Source of the DNA: an uncultured Candidatus Saccharibacteria bacterium
GTDB taxonomy: Bacteria; Patescibacteriota; Minisyncoccia; Phycocordibacterales; UBA918
Assembly (NCBI GenBank): GCA_964402035.1
Contig: CAYOAM010000002.1
Span: 178,964 to 242,963, forward strand
Direction of reading: 5' to 3'
DNA length: 64,000 nt
Shown here: positions 18,484 to 28,108 of the stretch, piece by piece
Layout of the letters: the number at the start of each line of letters is the position of its first letter
How positions within the stretch are numbered: the stretch's first letter is position 1
Notes under the pieces: generated by a model
Told to the model about the DNA's origin: nothing
Seen by the model: the letters and a program-made list of their open reading frames with translations, nothing else
Databases searched by the model: none
Made by a program: the position numbers and the translations under genes

Positions 18484-19110
18484 TTATAGGCCACGCACTT
18501 CAACTAACGTCCCCTTTCGACCAGGAATTGCTCCCGAAACTACTAGTACGTTTTCACTGGCATTCACCTGCAGGACTTTGAGGTTCTTCACCGTCACACG
18601 ATCGCCTCCCATGCGACCCGCCATGCGCATACCCTTGATAACGCGACCTCCAGCGCGACCACCGCCTCCAATAGAACCTGGTTCACGGAGTGAGTGCTTT
18701 TGACCATGACTTGCGCGACCACCACCAAAGCCATATCGCTTCACGACACCTTGAAAACCTTTTCCTTTTGAAATAGCAGATACAACAACCGTATCTCCTG
18801 GTGCAAAGACAGAAACATCAATCATGCCTCCGACCAAGGCTCCTTCGATATGCTCCTTGAGTTCAGCTTTTGGACGAAATTCACGTACAAATTTGTATGC
18901 ACCCTTGAGGTGACCGCGCATCGGCTTATTGACACGCTGCTCCTTCTGAGCGCCAGTTGCAACCTGTGCTGCAACATATCCATCCTTATCTGCGTTTTTT
19001 ACTTGTGTCACTTTCATCGGCTCCACTATCAAAATAGTGCCCGCTTGAACACGGCCAGAGGCGTCAAAAATCTGTGTCATCTGCAATTTTGTTCCGAGTA
19101 GGAATTTCAT
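18484..19110 (-). CDS. rplC: 50S ribosomal protein L3, first gene of the cluster (no rpsJ upstream)
   Basis: MKFLLGTKLQMTQIFDASGRVQAGTILIVEP. Confidence 0.9.
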   Translation of the reverse strand: MKFLLGTKLQMTQIFDASGRVQAGTILIVEPMKVTQVKNADKDGYVAAQVATGAQKEQRVNKPMRGHLKGAYKFVREFRPKAELKEHIEGALVGGMIDVSVFAPGDTVVVSAISKGKGFQGVVKRYGFGGGRASHGQKHSLREPGSIGGGGRAGGRVIKGMRMAGRMGGDRVTVKNLKVLQVNASENVLVVSGAIPGRKGTLVEVRGL

Positions 19111-19150
19111 GAAAATACTGAAATATCGTTATTTTAAGCCTTAAAATTGC

Positions 19151-19188
19151 AAAACCGCGAATGGCGCACGCGCCGCATTCGCGGTTTT
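19151..19188 (-). terminator. Rho-independent terminator (minus strand), about 310 nt downstream of the glycoside-hydrolase-like gene
   Basis: aaaaccgcgaatggcgcacgcgccgcattcgcggtttt. It is followed by a U-run on the minus strand. Confidence 0.65.
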
Positions 19189-19498
19189 GTGCCCATTGGT
19201 TCATGCCCGAATGAACGAAGTTCGTTGTAGGGTCGGAACCCTAAAACACTTCGTGTTCGGACAAGGACATAGGTCTTCTCTTAAAAGCTAGGGGTAGTAT
19301 ACAGATGATTTATAAAAACGCAACCTTAAGCAGAAAGCGTCGGGAACCCATTTGGTTCCCGACGCTTGATAGTGCCAAGTGACGCAACACTATGTCACTT
19401 GGAAAGGGCCTGGATCACCTCCCTCCCACCGAGTATGAGTTCGGGCTTCATCCGGCACCCCCTTTCTGTTGCAACCTCCGGCAGTATATCCTCAAAAC

Positions 19499-20794
19499 CT
19501 ATTCTTTTTCAAGTGCCCCTTCGGTATAAAGATTTGTGGGTGCCCAAAGCATAAAACTCGTGAGGCCAGTGTCATACGTTGCTTGAATCTGTGCACGCAC
19601 TTCGACAGGCCCGTAGTCTCCTCCATAATCAAAATCCTGTAACCATGGACGAAGCTTTTGAATATCGTATGCAGGTTTTGCATACAGTGCAGGAGTTGAT
19701 GTGCCAATGCGTTCATGCGTGAGAGCGACGACAGAGGTCGTGGTAGCGCTCGCGCGCCGTACCGCTGACGCCATTGCATAGTTCACAACCTTGTAGGGAT
19801 TACTGTTTGGATTACCGAGTCCCAAAAACGTTTTTGGATAATGCGATGGATAGACCATCGGTGCGACAAAATCAAAATATGGCAAAGCACGCTCCAAAAC
19901 CTGCCCAATCGAGAGGTCGTCAACGTTTGTTGCTGTCATGCCAAACAGGTCCGCGGATAGATAAGGTGTCGTGGTAGCACGACCCGTTCCTTCGTGTTTA
20001 ACGGACGCATAGCGTTCGGGGTCGCTCAATGCCGAATGCAAGTACATAAAAAATCGCTCTAGCGCCTCAGGCTTTGACGTCGTACCGGTAAATGGAAATG
20101 CAATGTCTTGCATATTGCCATCTGAAGGAAAACGCACATAATCAAAATTTAGTTCATCAAAACCAATGTTGTATGACTCAGCCCCCAGTGAAATAATATA
20201 GTCCCAGTGCGGCTTTGCCGATACCTCAATAAACGAGAGCCCTTTGTGATCACGCCACACCGTACCGTCACTCGCTTTCTTTACCGCAAGCTCGGGGTGA
20301 GACTTGGTGCGTAAGGGATCCTGAAATACTGAAATACGACCCATCACATAAATTCCTTTTTTATGTAACGATGCAATAAACTCCTGCATATCTCGCGCGC
20401 CACACTGCGCCTGCTGCCAAGCAGGCAACAGTTCAGGATCCTTTGGCAAAAATGAAATGGTACCCGAGTAGTCTTTAATATCGATAATCACGGCATTGAT
20501 TTCAGTTCGCTCAATCAGTGCCACAAGCTTATCGCGAAATGTTGGGGTCCCGGCAACGCAAGCGGTCATATAAATTGACTTTACCGCATTTGGCAACGGC
20601 ACATGCAGAACGACTGGCCGCGTGTCAGGAATGACTTTAGGGACTTCAGCAGGTTTTGTGGTCGTTGCCGTTTTGGGCAGCACCGCAACCGCACTATCGT
20701 ATGTAGTCGGCAACAAAGAAGGAAGTGCTGACGCAGATGCAGCAATCGCTCCAAGGAGCACGACCCCCATAATTGCTATGCTACGAAATGTCAT
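19499..20794 (-). CDS. Secreted TIM-barrel glycoside-hydrolase-like protein (DUF4015/GHL10-like)
   Basis: N-terminal signal peptide (MTFRSIAIMGVVLLGAIAASASA) plus a Thr/Pro linker. The body resembles putative glycosyl hydrolase-like domains. The family call is tentative. Confidence 0.4.
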   Translation of the reverse strand: MTFRSIAIMGVVLLGAIAASASALPSLLPTTYDSAVAVLPKTATTTKPAEVPKVIPDTRPVVLHVPLPNAVKSIYMTACVAGTPTFRDKLVALIERTEINAVIIDIKDYSGTISFLPKDPELLPAWQQAQCGARDMQEFIASLHKKGIYVMGRISVFQDPLRTKSHPELAVKKASDGTVWRDHKGLSFIEVSAKPHWDYIISLGAESYNIGFDELNFDYVRFPSDGNMQDIAFPFTGTTSKPEALERFFMYLHSALSDPERYASVKHEGTGRATTTPYLSADLFGMTATNVDDLSIGQVLERALPYFDFVAPMVYPSHYPKTFLGLGNPNSNPYKVVNYAMASAVRRASATTTSVVALTHERIGTSTPALYAKPAYDIQKLRPWLQDFDYGGDYGPVEVRAQIQATYDTGLTSFMLWAPTNLYTEGALEKE

Positions 20795-21258
20795 ATGAAT
20801 TATAGAAGATGTTTAAAAACTACAGATACGAGGCGTCAAGGAACGAAAACCCGAGGCAGCAGAATATGCTGGGAGCATATTCTGCAATCTTCTCGATGAG
20901 CGGTTTGAGCGACGCAGACAACGAAGTAGATGCGGGTTTTAAACATGTTCTAGGAACGTTTAGGATCGAGTGTACGAGCTTGGTTCTCAACAAATGCTTC
21001 GGCACGACGCTCTCCTCCCAAGGTTTCAAGTGAGCGCAGATACGCAGCCCGACGAAGGCGATACCCAATAATGGCAATCAATATTCCAAAAGAAAGAAAA
21101 ATCCATTTTTTTATATCGTTGGGAACTCCGAGAAATGGCAACACCAGTACCCCAATACCCATAAAAAAGACGAAAGATTCCTGTGACATCACGAAAAGTA
21201 TACCGTACTTAAAGGACAAGCAGAAATCCACAGGATAGAAACCTGAGAATTCACTGTA

Positions 21259-21945
21259 TTAGACAGCTTCGATAATGACGACACATTCACCACGAATTTC
21301 GTCTGCGTGCCCCGCATAGTACGCGAGCACCTCCGATGCAGTACCTCGCACCACGCTCTCATAGATCTTGGTAAGCTCACGGGCAACCGCGATACGTCTT
21401 TCTGGAGCCAACACAACACTCAGAGACTCCAACGTCTTCATGAGGCGGTGTGGTGATTCATACAAAACGACAGCTCGCTCTGTCTCAGCAATCTCCTTAA
21501 ACAGAGTTTGGCGTCCCTTCTTGTGCGGCAAAAAACCTAAGAAAACAAATTCTGACGAAGCAATACCCGCAATCGACAACGCCGCAGTGAGCGCAGACGC
21601 GCCAGGGATTGTCTCAATACGCACAGTGGGTAGAGCCTCACGAATCTGATTGATGATCCTATAACCTGGATCTGATATGCACGGAGTACCTGCATCGGTC
21701 ACCAAAGCAATCTTCTGTCCTTTTTCCAACCGCTCGAGAATTTCTTCGTGTCGCGCCACCGAGGCATGTGCGTCATACCGCTTCATCGAAGTTTTGATCT
21801 CATAGTGTGAAAGCAGTTTTCCTGTCACGCGCGTATCCTCACAAAAAATAACATCAACTTCTTTCAAAATACGAAGTGCCCGAAGAGTAATATCTTCAAG
21901 GTTCCCAATCGGGGTCGCGACAATATAGAGCGTGCCCATAATCAT
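21259..21945 (-). CDS. rsmI: 16S rRNA (cytidine1402-2'-O)-methyltransferase RsmI
   Basis: MGTLYIVATPIGNLEDITLRALRILKEVDVIFCEDTR is the tetrapyrrole-methylase fold. Confidence 0.85.
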   Translation of the reverse strand: MIMGTLYIVATPIGNLEDITLRALRILKEVDVIFCEDTRVTGKLLSHYEIKTSMKRYDAHASVARHEEILERLEKGQKIALVTDAGTPCISDPGYRIINQIREALPTVRIETIPGASALTAALSIAGIASSEFVFLGFLPHKKGRQTLFKEIAETERAVVLYESPHRLMKTLESLSVVLAPERRIAVARELTKIYESVVRGTASEVLAYYAGHADEIRGECVVIIEAV

Positions 21946-21972
21946 GCTACGGTACCACCTATCAAAGAAAAA

Positions 21973-23271
21973 TCAACGTAGTAGACCCTCTGCAACTTGA
22001 TAGATATCTCCTGCGCCCATCACGATAATACAATCCTTATCTGTTGCAAGTTTTTTGAGCTCACTAACAGCAGCTTCAAAACTGTCGACAGCACATACAT
22101 TTTTATTTTTCTCTCTTATAGCATCAGCGAGCTTGGTGTGGGTGACTCCGGAGACATTTTCTTCTCGCGCAGCATAAATCGGCAACAGCATGGTGTAGTC
22201 AGCGCCAGAAAGTGCATTCACAAAATCGTTAAACAAGGCATGCGTCCGTGAATACATATGTGCCTGAAAAACAAGAGCAATCGTGCGATCAGGATAGAGC
22301 TCACGAGCACCTAAGATAGTGGCTCGTATTTCAGTAGGGTGATGTCCATAATCGTCATAGACAAGAGCGCCGGTGATTGTTTTCCCTTTATATTCAAAAC
22401 GGCGCCACGTGCCGGCAAAAGTCGCAAGTGTTTCTTTTGCACGAGCGATAGGGATCGTGGTTTGTGCGGCGGCGGCCATGGCCGCCGCCGCATTCATCCG
22501 ATTGTGCAGCCCCGGCAACTTCATCGGCATCACAAGATCCATAGATCCTGTGTAATCAACCACCTGCGCAACGACACCATCAACGACACGTTTTATAACG
22601 GCATCTTTTGCATTACAGACGATAAAGCCATCTTCTGGTACTTTCATTGCAAGCGTATGAAATGCATCTACCACGTCATCGAGATCTTTGTAATAGTCGA
22701 GGTGTTCTGCCTCCACATTCGTGATGACCAAAATATCTGGCTCAAGATATAAAAAGTCGCGCTTGTATTCACATGCCTCAGCAATAAAATACTGACTCTT
22801 CCCTGCACGATAGTTGCTCCCCGTTCGCGCCCGCAGTGAACCGACGACCGCCGAAGGGTCGAGTCCCGCATCCTCAAAAATATCAATAAGCATTGCGGTG
22901 GTGGTTGTTTTTCCATGCGCCCCCGCAACAGCGATTAGAAAGTACTGATTCGCCACAAGTCCCAGCGTCTCAAAGTAATTTATTGTAGGGATATTTTTCT
23001 CTCGCGCCGCAACAAGCTCTTCGTGATCTCTACTCATCGCTTCTGTGTAGACCACAAGATCGATACCATCGATAATATTCTCTTTCACCTGCGCGCCACA
23101 AAACAGTACTCCCTCGCTCACGAGAGCGTCCGTAATAGGAGATGCGGAACGATCAGAACCACTGACGATTTTTTTTTCCGCAAGAAAATGCCGTGCAAGC
23201 GCTGACATCCCAATGCCACCGATACCAATAAAGTGTATGTGTTTTAGATTACTGAGTTTCATACGCATCAT
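21973..23271 (-). CDS. murC: UDP-N-acetylmuramate--L-alanine ligase
   Basis: HIHFIGIGGIGMSALARHF is the Mur ligase N-terminal motif. GKTTT and the C-terminal domain are present. The probable start is the internal ATG at 23271, directly after the upstream gene's stop. Confidence 0.85.
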   Translation of the reverse strand: MMRMKLSNLKHIHFIGIGGIGMSALARHFLAEKKIVSGSDRSASPITDALVSEGVLFCGAQVKENIIDGIDLVVYTEAMSRDHEELVAAREKNIPTINYFETLGLVANQYFLIAVAGAHGKTTTTAMLIDIFEDAGLDPSAVVGSLRARTGSNYRAGKSQYFIAEACEYKRDFLYLEPDILVITNVEAEHLDYYKDLDDVVDAFHTLAMKVPEDGFIVCNAKDAVIKRVVDGVVAQVVDYTGSMDLVMPMKLPGLHNRMNAAAAMAAAAQTTIPIARAKETLATFAGTWRRFEYKGKTITGALVYDDYGHHPTEIRATILGARELYPDRTIALVFQAHMYSRTHALFNDFVNALSGADYTMLLPIYAAREENVSGVTHTKLADAIREKNKNVCAVDSFEAAVSELKKLATDKDCIIVMGAGDIYQVAEGLLR

Positions 23272-23275
23272 AATA

Positions 23276-23926
23276 CTATTGTAACAATCGCTTGGTATAG
23301 CCAAACGCAACAAGTTTTAGAAATGCTTCCCACACATTATCCGGGATTTCTTGAAGTATTTGGAAACCTCTAGCAGGATATTTTTTTATTCTCTCTAGAT
23401 CACCTACCATACCACCAATAAAATCAATGCCTTCCTCTTCTTGTCTTTTCTTGTACTCTTCGTACGATATTTGTGGTGATGTCACGATACACTCCGCTTC
23501 AGGCCAGAAGTTACGAAATGTGGCATAAGTACGTCTCTCCATGTATGGTTTCTGCACCAAGAGAAACGAATTGAGATTGAGTCGTCTTTCTTTGAGGAGG
23601 GTTCGGGTAAATTCGACGTTCTGCTGTGTGTTTGTGGATTTATTTTCGATAATAATCTTTTCTTCCGGTACCCCTCTTTGGCGAGCAATATCTGCAAACA
23701 CTTCCGCCTCTGGACTCTCATGAAATGCTCGAGATCCATGAATGACGCCACTATCGCCGGAAAATATAAGATATTTTCCATACCCTTGAAGATAGAGGTC
23801 AGTCGCTCGCTCTGCTATATCTGTGCCATATGAACCCAAACCAAACACCGCGTCCATAGGACGAAGTTCGTGATGCATATGCATATAATCCCAAATAATT
23901 TTGGCGTAGTGATCTACCTGATTCAT
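23276..23926 (-). CDS. YdcF/DUF218 family protein (SanA/ElyC-like envelope biogenesis protein)
   Basis: 216 aa. LIFSGDSGV...HG pattern is typical of DUF218. It lies between murD and murC. Confidence 0.55.
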   Translation of the reverse strand: MNQVDHYAKIIWDYMHMHHELRPMDAVFGLGSYGTDIAERATDLYLQGYGKYLIFSGDSGVIHGSRAFHESPEAEVFADIARQRGVPEEKIIIENKSTNTQQNVEFTRTLLKERRLNLNSFLLVQKPYMERRTYATFRNFWPEAECIVTSPQISYEEYKKRQEEEGIDFIGGMVGDLERIKKYPARGFQILQEIPDNVWEAFLKLVAFGYTKRLLQ

Positions 23927-25275
23927 TGTGCAATCCTTTCTTTAACCAGATTCACAAATTGATCGTTGCGATCATACTCATTTTTAAATCCGCCGGGTGG
24001 CGGACCAAACGACGCGAAGGCGGGACTGAAGAGTATGATGTCCCCCGCTTCAGCTGTATCAAACGCGATAGCAACGGCGTCTTGAAGCGACGCGGCAGGA
24101 ATTGCCGCAGGCAATTCCTGCCGGATAGTATCCGTTCCTGATCCCGGAAGCAAAATAACTTCTTTTGCGTACTGCGGCAACGCATGAAGGAGAGGGCTCA
24201 TATCAAGTTTCTTGTCAGAGCCACCCATAATCAGAACCACATTCTTTTCCTGCGCAACCGCTTCTAATCCTGCCAAGGTCGCCATAGGTGACGTTGCATT
24301 GTTATCGTTATAAATCGCTACGCCATGCACATCGCCCACATGTTCTAACCTACCTGAAAGCGCCTCGAAACTCTCGACGCCGTCCTTGATTAAGTCGTCC
24401 GGCAAACTCGTCGCTCGAAGCGCTTCTATCGCTAGAGCTATATTTGCCCGATTGTGCGCTCCAGGGATCGGAAGCAACCAATCATCCGGTACATCACTAG
24501 CATCGGTCAATACTACCTCTTGCACAAGCGTGTATCCCTTTCGCTTTGCATACGCTTCAACGTGCACAAATACTGAAGGTGTGGTAATCAGCACATCGCC
24601 CGGTTCTTGATGCGCAAAAATGTGCGCCTTATCATCGAAATAGTGATCCATACTATTTCGATAGTAGTCCATGTGATCAGGAAGAAAACTGGTGAAAACC
24701 GCAATATGGGGACTCATACCCATCTCACCGAATCCTTGGAGTTGCCAGCTATCAAGTTCCAATACTGCAATATCACCTTCTTCTACTTTTTTTAGTAGCT
24801 GCAAATTTGAAACACCGCGCACATTACCCCCGAGATGCACGGTACCACCATCCGTACCACGTATGAGCGTGTGGTGAATGAGAGCCGTCACCGTCGACTT
24901 ACCCCGCGATCCCGTCACCGCCACAATCGGCACTCCTGAAAGCTCAGCAAACAATGCCGCACTCATACGTACTGGAATATTATTTTTTCGTGCCTCAGCA
25001 ATATAGGGAGAATCAAATGGCACGCCAGCAGCCATGAGCACCATGTCGCACGTCTGAAAATCCTCGAGCCGATGCTCACCTAGTACATACGTAATGTCTC
25101 CAAACAAAGAAAGACGATCCAACGATTCTTTGAGCTGCTCATGTGTTTTTAAATCAGTAATAGTGAGCTGTGCCCCACATTCCACCAAATATTCGGCATC
25201 CCCAATTCCTCGACCCAAAAGCCCGAGTCCCATCACGGTAATCTTCTTCCCCTTAAAATAGTCTTGTACGTCCAT
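23923..25275 (-). CDS. murD: UDP-N-acetylmuramoyl-L-alanine--D-glutamate ligase
   Basis: KKITVMGLGLLGRGIGDAEYLVECGAQLTITD is the MurD N-terminal Rossmann region. GSRGKSTV is the P-loop. Confidence 0.85.
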   Translation of the reverse strand: MDVQDYFKGKKITVMGLGLLGRGIGDAEYLVECGAQLTITDLKTHEQLKESLDRLSLFGDITYVLGEHRLEDFQTCDMVLMAAGVPFDSPYIAEARKNNIPVRMSAALFAELSGVPIVAVTGSRGKSTVTALIHHTLIRGTDGGTVHLGGNVRGVSNLQLLKKVEEGDIAVLELDSWQLQGFGEMGMSPHIAVFTSFLPDHMDYYRNSMDHYFDDKAHIFAHQEPGDVLITTPSVFVHVEAYAKRKGYTLVQEVVLTDASDVPDDWLLPIPGAHNRANIALAIEALRATSLPDDLIKDGVESFEALSGRLEHVGDVHGVAIYNDNNATSPMATLAGLEAVAQEKNVVLIMGGSDKKLDMSPLLHALPQYAKEVILLPGSGTDTIRQELPAAIPAASLQDAVAIAFDTAEAGDIILFSPAFASFGPPPGGFKNEYDRNDQFVNLVKERIAQ

Positions 25276-25277
25276 CC

Positions 25278-25772
25278 CTATACGCTAACTGTTTTCTGTT
25301 GCTTCTGCAAATTTTTCTCCATAGCCAGTACACGTACCACACTTGGCGCGATAGGCCCTGGAAGTTTGTCTTTAGGAAACCAACCGTATTCAGCAATTTC
25401 TATTGGATCTATGGTGATCTTTTGAGATCGAGTCAAACCAGCATACACCTCAACTGCCACCTGCTTATATTCAAATGTACTTTCATAAGTACCAATACGT
25501 TCCAAAATGACCTCAGTAATATCAGTCTCCTCTTTAAGCTCACGATATGCAGCGTCTACATACCGCTCCTCTCGATAAACTCCTCCGCCTGGCAATACCC
25601 AGTGACGATGTGAGTAATTGAGACGCAGAAGTAAGATTTTTCCATCTCCACCCTCAATGAGACACTTTACACCCCGCACATGTGGACGAAATACAAACCA
25701 ATACATAACCTGCATTGGGTGTACAAAAAACCAGAATAATTTAATAGCGTAATATTGTATCTTAGTCATCAT
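25278..25772 (-). CDS. NUDIX hydrolase
   Basis: Nudix box GGGVYREERYVDAAYRELKEETDI. Start chosen at the internal Met to avoid the 29-nt overlap with the upstream gene. Confidence 0.75.
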   Translation of the reverse strand: MMTKIQYYAIKLFWFFVHPMQVMYWFVFRPHVRGVKCLIEGGDGKILLLRLNYSHRHWVLPGGGVYREERYVDAAYRELKEETDITEVILERIGTYESTFEYKQVAVEVYAGLTRSQKITIDPIEIAEYGWFPKDKLPGPIAPSVVRVLAMEKNLQKQQKTVSV

Positions 25773-25773
25773 A

Positions 25774-26229
25774 CTACTCTCCCATCTTAAGAATCTTCTC
25801 AAAATGTTTTTTTGATATTGGAAAGAGCGAAAGACGATTTCCCGTTGCTAAGAGGCGCATATCTTTGAGCGCACTCTCGAGGCGCATGTGGGCAAGCGGC
25901 ACGACATTTTTAAACTTCTTTTTAAACTGAACATCGACCACAAACCACCGTGGCGCATCTTTTTTTGCTGTTGCATCAAAATAGTGCGACGTTGGATCAA
26001 ATTGTGTGGGATCCGGGTACCCTTCCCTTACAACCACAGCAACACCGGCAGCCGCAGGTACGGCACACGACGAATGATAGAAAACTACGACATCACCTTT
26101 CTTCACATCGTCCCGCAACATATTGCGCGCCTGGTAGTTGCGCACACCACTCCACATCGTCTTTTTGTCACGCCGAAGGTGGTCGATGCCATAGCTCTCC
26201 GGTTCCGTTTTAAATAGCCAATAATTCAT
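25774..26229 (-). CDS. EVE (PUA-like) domain protein
   Basis: MNYWLFKTEPESYGIDHLRRDKKTMWSGVRNYQARNMLRDDVKKGDVVVFYHS matches EVE domain hallmarks. Confidence 0.75.
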   Translation of the reverse strand: MNYWLFKTEPESYGIDHLRRDKKTMWSGVRNYQARNMLRDDVKKGDVVVFYHSSCAVPAAAGVAVVVREGYPDPTQFDPTSHYFDATAKKDAPRWFVVDVQFKKKFKNVVPLAHMRLESALKDMRLLATGNRLSLFPISKKHFEKILKMGE

Positions 26230-26274
26230 AAAGCGATCGCGGTCAAATGCTATACTGTTCCAATATTTTTCTAT

Positions 26275-27054
26275 ATGGATACTACGATATCACAAGCTCT
26301 CAAAGAAGCGTACCGCGTACTCGCACCATTCTCAGCTCAGTACCGGGTGGATTTTGATCGCTACGCGATTACTATCGGCATGCTCATGGATATTGAGAAT
26401 ATCAAGGAAAAGCGTGTGTTAGATATTGGCACCGGCATTGGCATTCTCCCGGTCGCTCTCCGCATACTAGGGGTCCATGCCAACGGTATGGAATATTTCG
26501 TTTTCCCGGAATCAGGTAACGACATGTTTGGAAGAAAAGAAATCGATACGCTGAAAACTGTATGGGCACAACATAAGGTAGAGGTCATCTGTCACGACGC
26601 AACCGGCACCACCACGCCTCCACCCAGTTCGCAGGCAGACATAGTAGTAAGCGAAGCAGCGATCGAACATCTCAAGGGACCTCGTCGATTTTTAGAGCAA
26701 TGTAATGAACTGTTGACTCCTGGCGGCCACCTCCTCATCTCAACGCCCAACAGCGCGACCCTGCTCCAGCGCCTACGCTTTCTTGCTGGTCGCAGTCCCA
26801 ACTGGCCTATCGCTGAATTTTTTGACGCTGGCGAATCATTTACCGGCCACTGGCGTGAATACACACTCGATGAACTTACCTATATGATTCGTGCGAGCAA
26901 CTTCACGATACTTAAAGCAGCATCTATAAATGCACTTGCAAAGTTTAAACGACTACCCAATCTTTCAAAAAATTTCCGTGCACTTGTTGCAACGATTGCA
27001 TGGCTCATACCACACGGACGCGAGATGAACTACGTGCTTGCGCAGAAAAAATAG
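26275..27054 (+). CDS. Class I SAM-dependent methyltransferase
   Basis: VLDIGTGIGILPVALRILG motif I. HLLISTPN post-motif. Confidence 0.65.
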   Translation: MDTTISQALKEAYRVLAPFSAQYRVDFDRYAITIGMLMDIENIKEKRVLDIGTGIGILPVALRILGVHANGMEYFVFPESGNDMFGRKEIDTLKTVWAQHKVEVICHDATGTTTPPPSSQADIVVSEAAIEHLKGPRRFLEQCNELLTPGGHLLISTPNSATLLQRLRFLAGRSPNWPIAEFFDAGESFTGHWREYTLDELTYMIRASNFTILKAASINALAKFKRLPNLSKNFRALVATIAWLIPHGREMNYVLAQKK

Positions 27055-27373
27055 TACTTTCGAAATAGTTAGAGATGAAAAAACCGACTTGCGCGCACAA
27101 GCCGGCTTCACTACAAGAATGAGGCGACACGTTCCATGACCTGCTTTCCAAAAATGATCAAGCAAGCGACGCAGATCCACCCGATTACCGCTGCTGCCCC
27201 GCAGACTAACAAAGCCCCACGAGGCGAAAGAATTTGATCTCCCAATCTATTTGGATAGGGAAACGTATGTACTTCATCCATGTCGGTTCCTCCCACAGAT
27301 AAGGCTATCAAGTCCACAGAAAAGAGCAACAAAAACAAAGGTACAACAGAATCTGCATGAAGAGTCAATGAAA

Positions 27374-28099
27374 TCAGTTTACAAAATGCATTGTCGGATG
27401 CCCGAGCACGACTGCAATTATGTAGACGATAGGAAGAAGGAGCGGCACTGCGGTAAAGAATACTACGGGTATTGCCAACACATGATGCAATACGCCCACC
27501 GGCCTTGCTCCCCGATGTTCTGGTATCGAGTACGCAGGTAGATAGATCATAAGTCCATAGACTAATATCCATTGCCCGCCTCCCAAAACCTGCCCAACGC
27601 CACCAAATGATATCTCTGCCAGAATACCCATAAAACCAAAAAGTATAAACACAGAGAATGGTTTGAAATCATATTTAGAAAGTATCAGTGCCCACGCAAT
27701 AAAGAGCGGGATGAAAACGATGACGCTGTGAAAAAATACCACATCAACATAGTTCGCAGACGCCGTGATAAACGCAGAACCGATCGGTACTCCGAAAAGT
27801 GGCGCGAGGTTAGTCATCGAGACAGTCACCGCCTCCTCAAGTAACGCAAGGAGTGATGCAAAAAGCACAAACGTGACACGCCAATCAAGCGGTATCCGTC
27901 GCACACGATCACGAATAGCGTCTCGGTATCGGTACATAAGCCCACCCGCAATAAACACCCACAGTATCGCAAGGCCCCACGCCATCTTTACCAATGCCGC
28001 ACCTTTTACATCATCGAGCGTTGCGAGAGTCAGTAATGTGTTTAATCCAAAAAGCCAGAGTAGCAGTCCGCCGACGATGTATTTCTTAGTTCGACTCAT
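27374..28099 (-). CDS. Polytopic integral membrane protein, function unknown
   Basis: 241 aa with about 7 hydrophobic helices. No recognizable motif. Confidence 0.5.
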   Translation of the reverse strand: MSRTKKYIVGGLLLWLFGLNTLLTLATLDDVKGAALVKMAWGLAILWVFIAGGLMYRYRDAIRDRVRRIPLDWRVTFVLFASLLALLEEAVTVSMTNLAPLFGVPIGSAFITASANYVDVVFFHSVIVFIPLFIAWALILSKYDFKPFSVFILFGFMGILAEISFGGVGQVLGGGQWILVYGLMIYLPAYSIPEHRGARPVGVLHHVLAIPVVFFTAVPLLLPIVYIIAVVLGHPTMHFVN

Positions 28100-28108
28100 A
28101 GAACAATG

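Noticed and set aside
27111-27572. 153-aa ORF overlapping the 3' end of the membrane-protein gene in another frame
   Set aside because: It overlaps the better-supported 241-aa membrane protein by 200 bp. Only its last ~55 codons (27111-27280) are free of overlap. A small TM peptide there is possible but unsupported.
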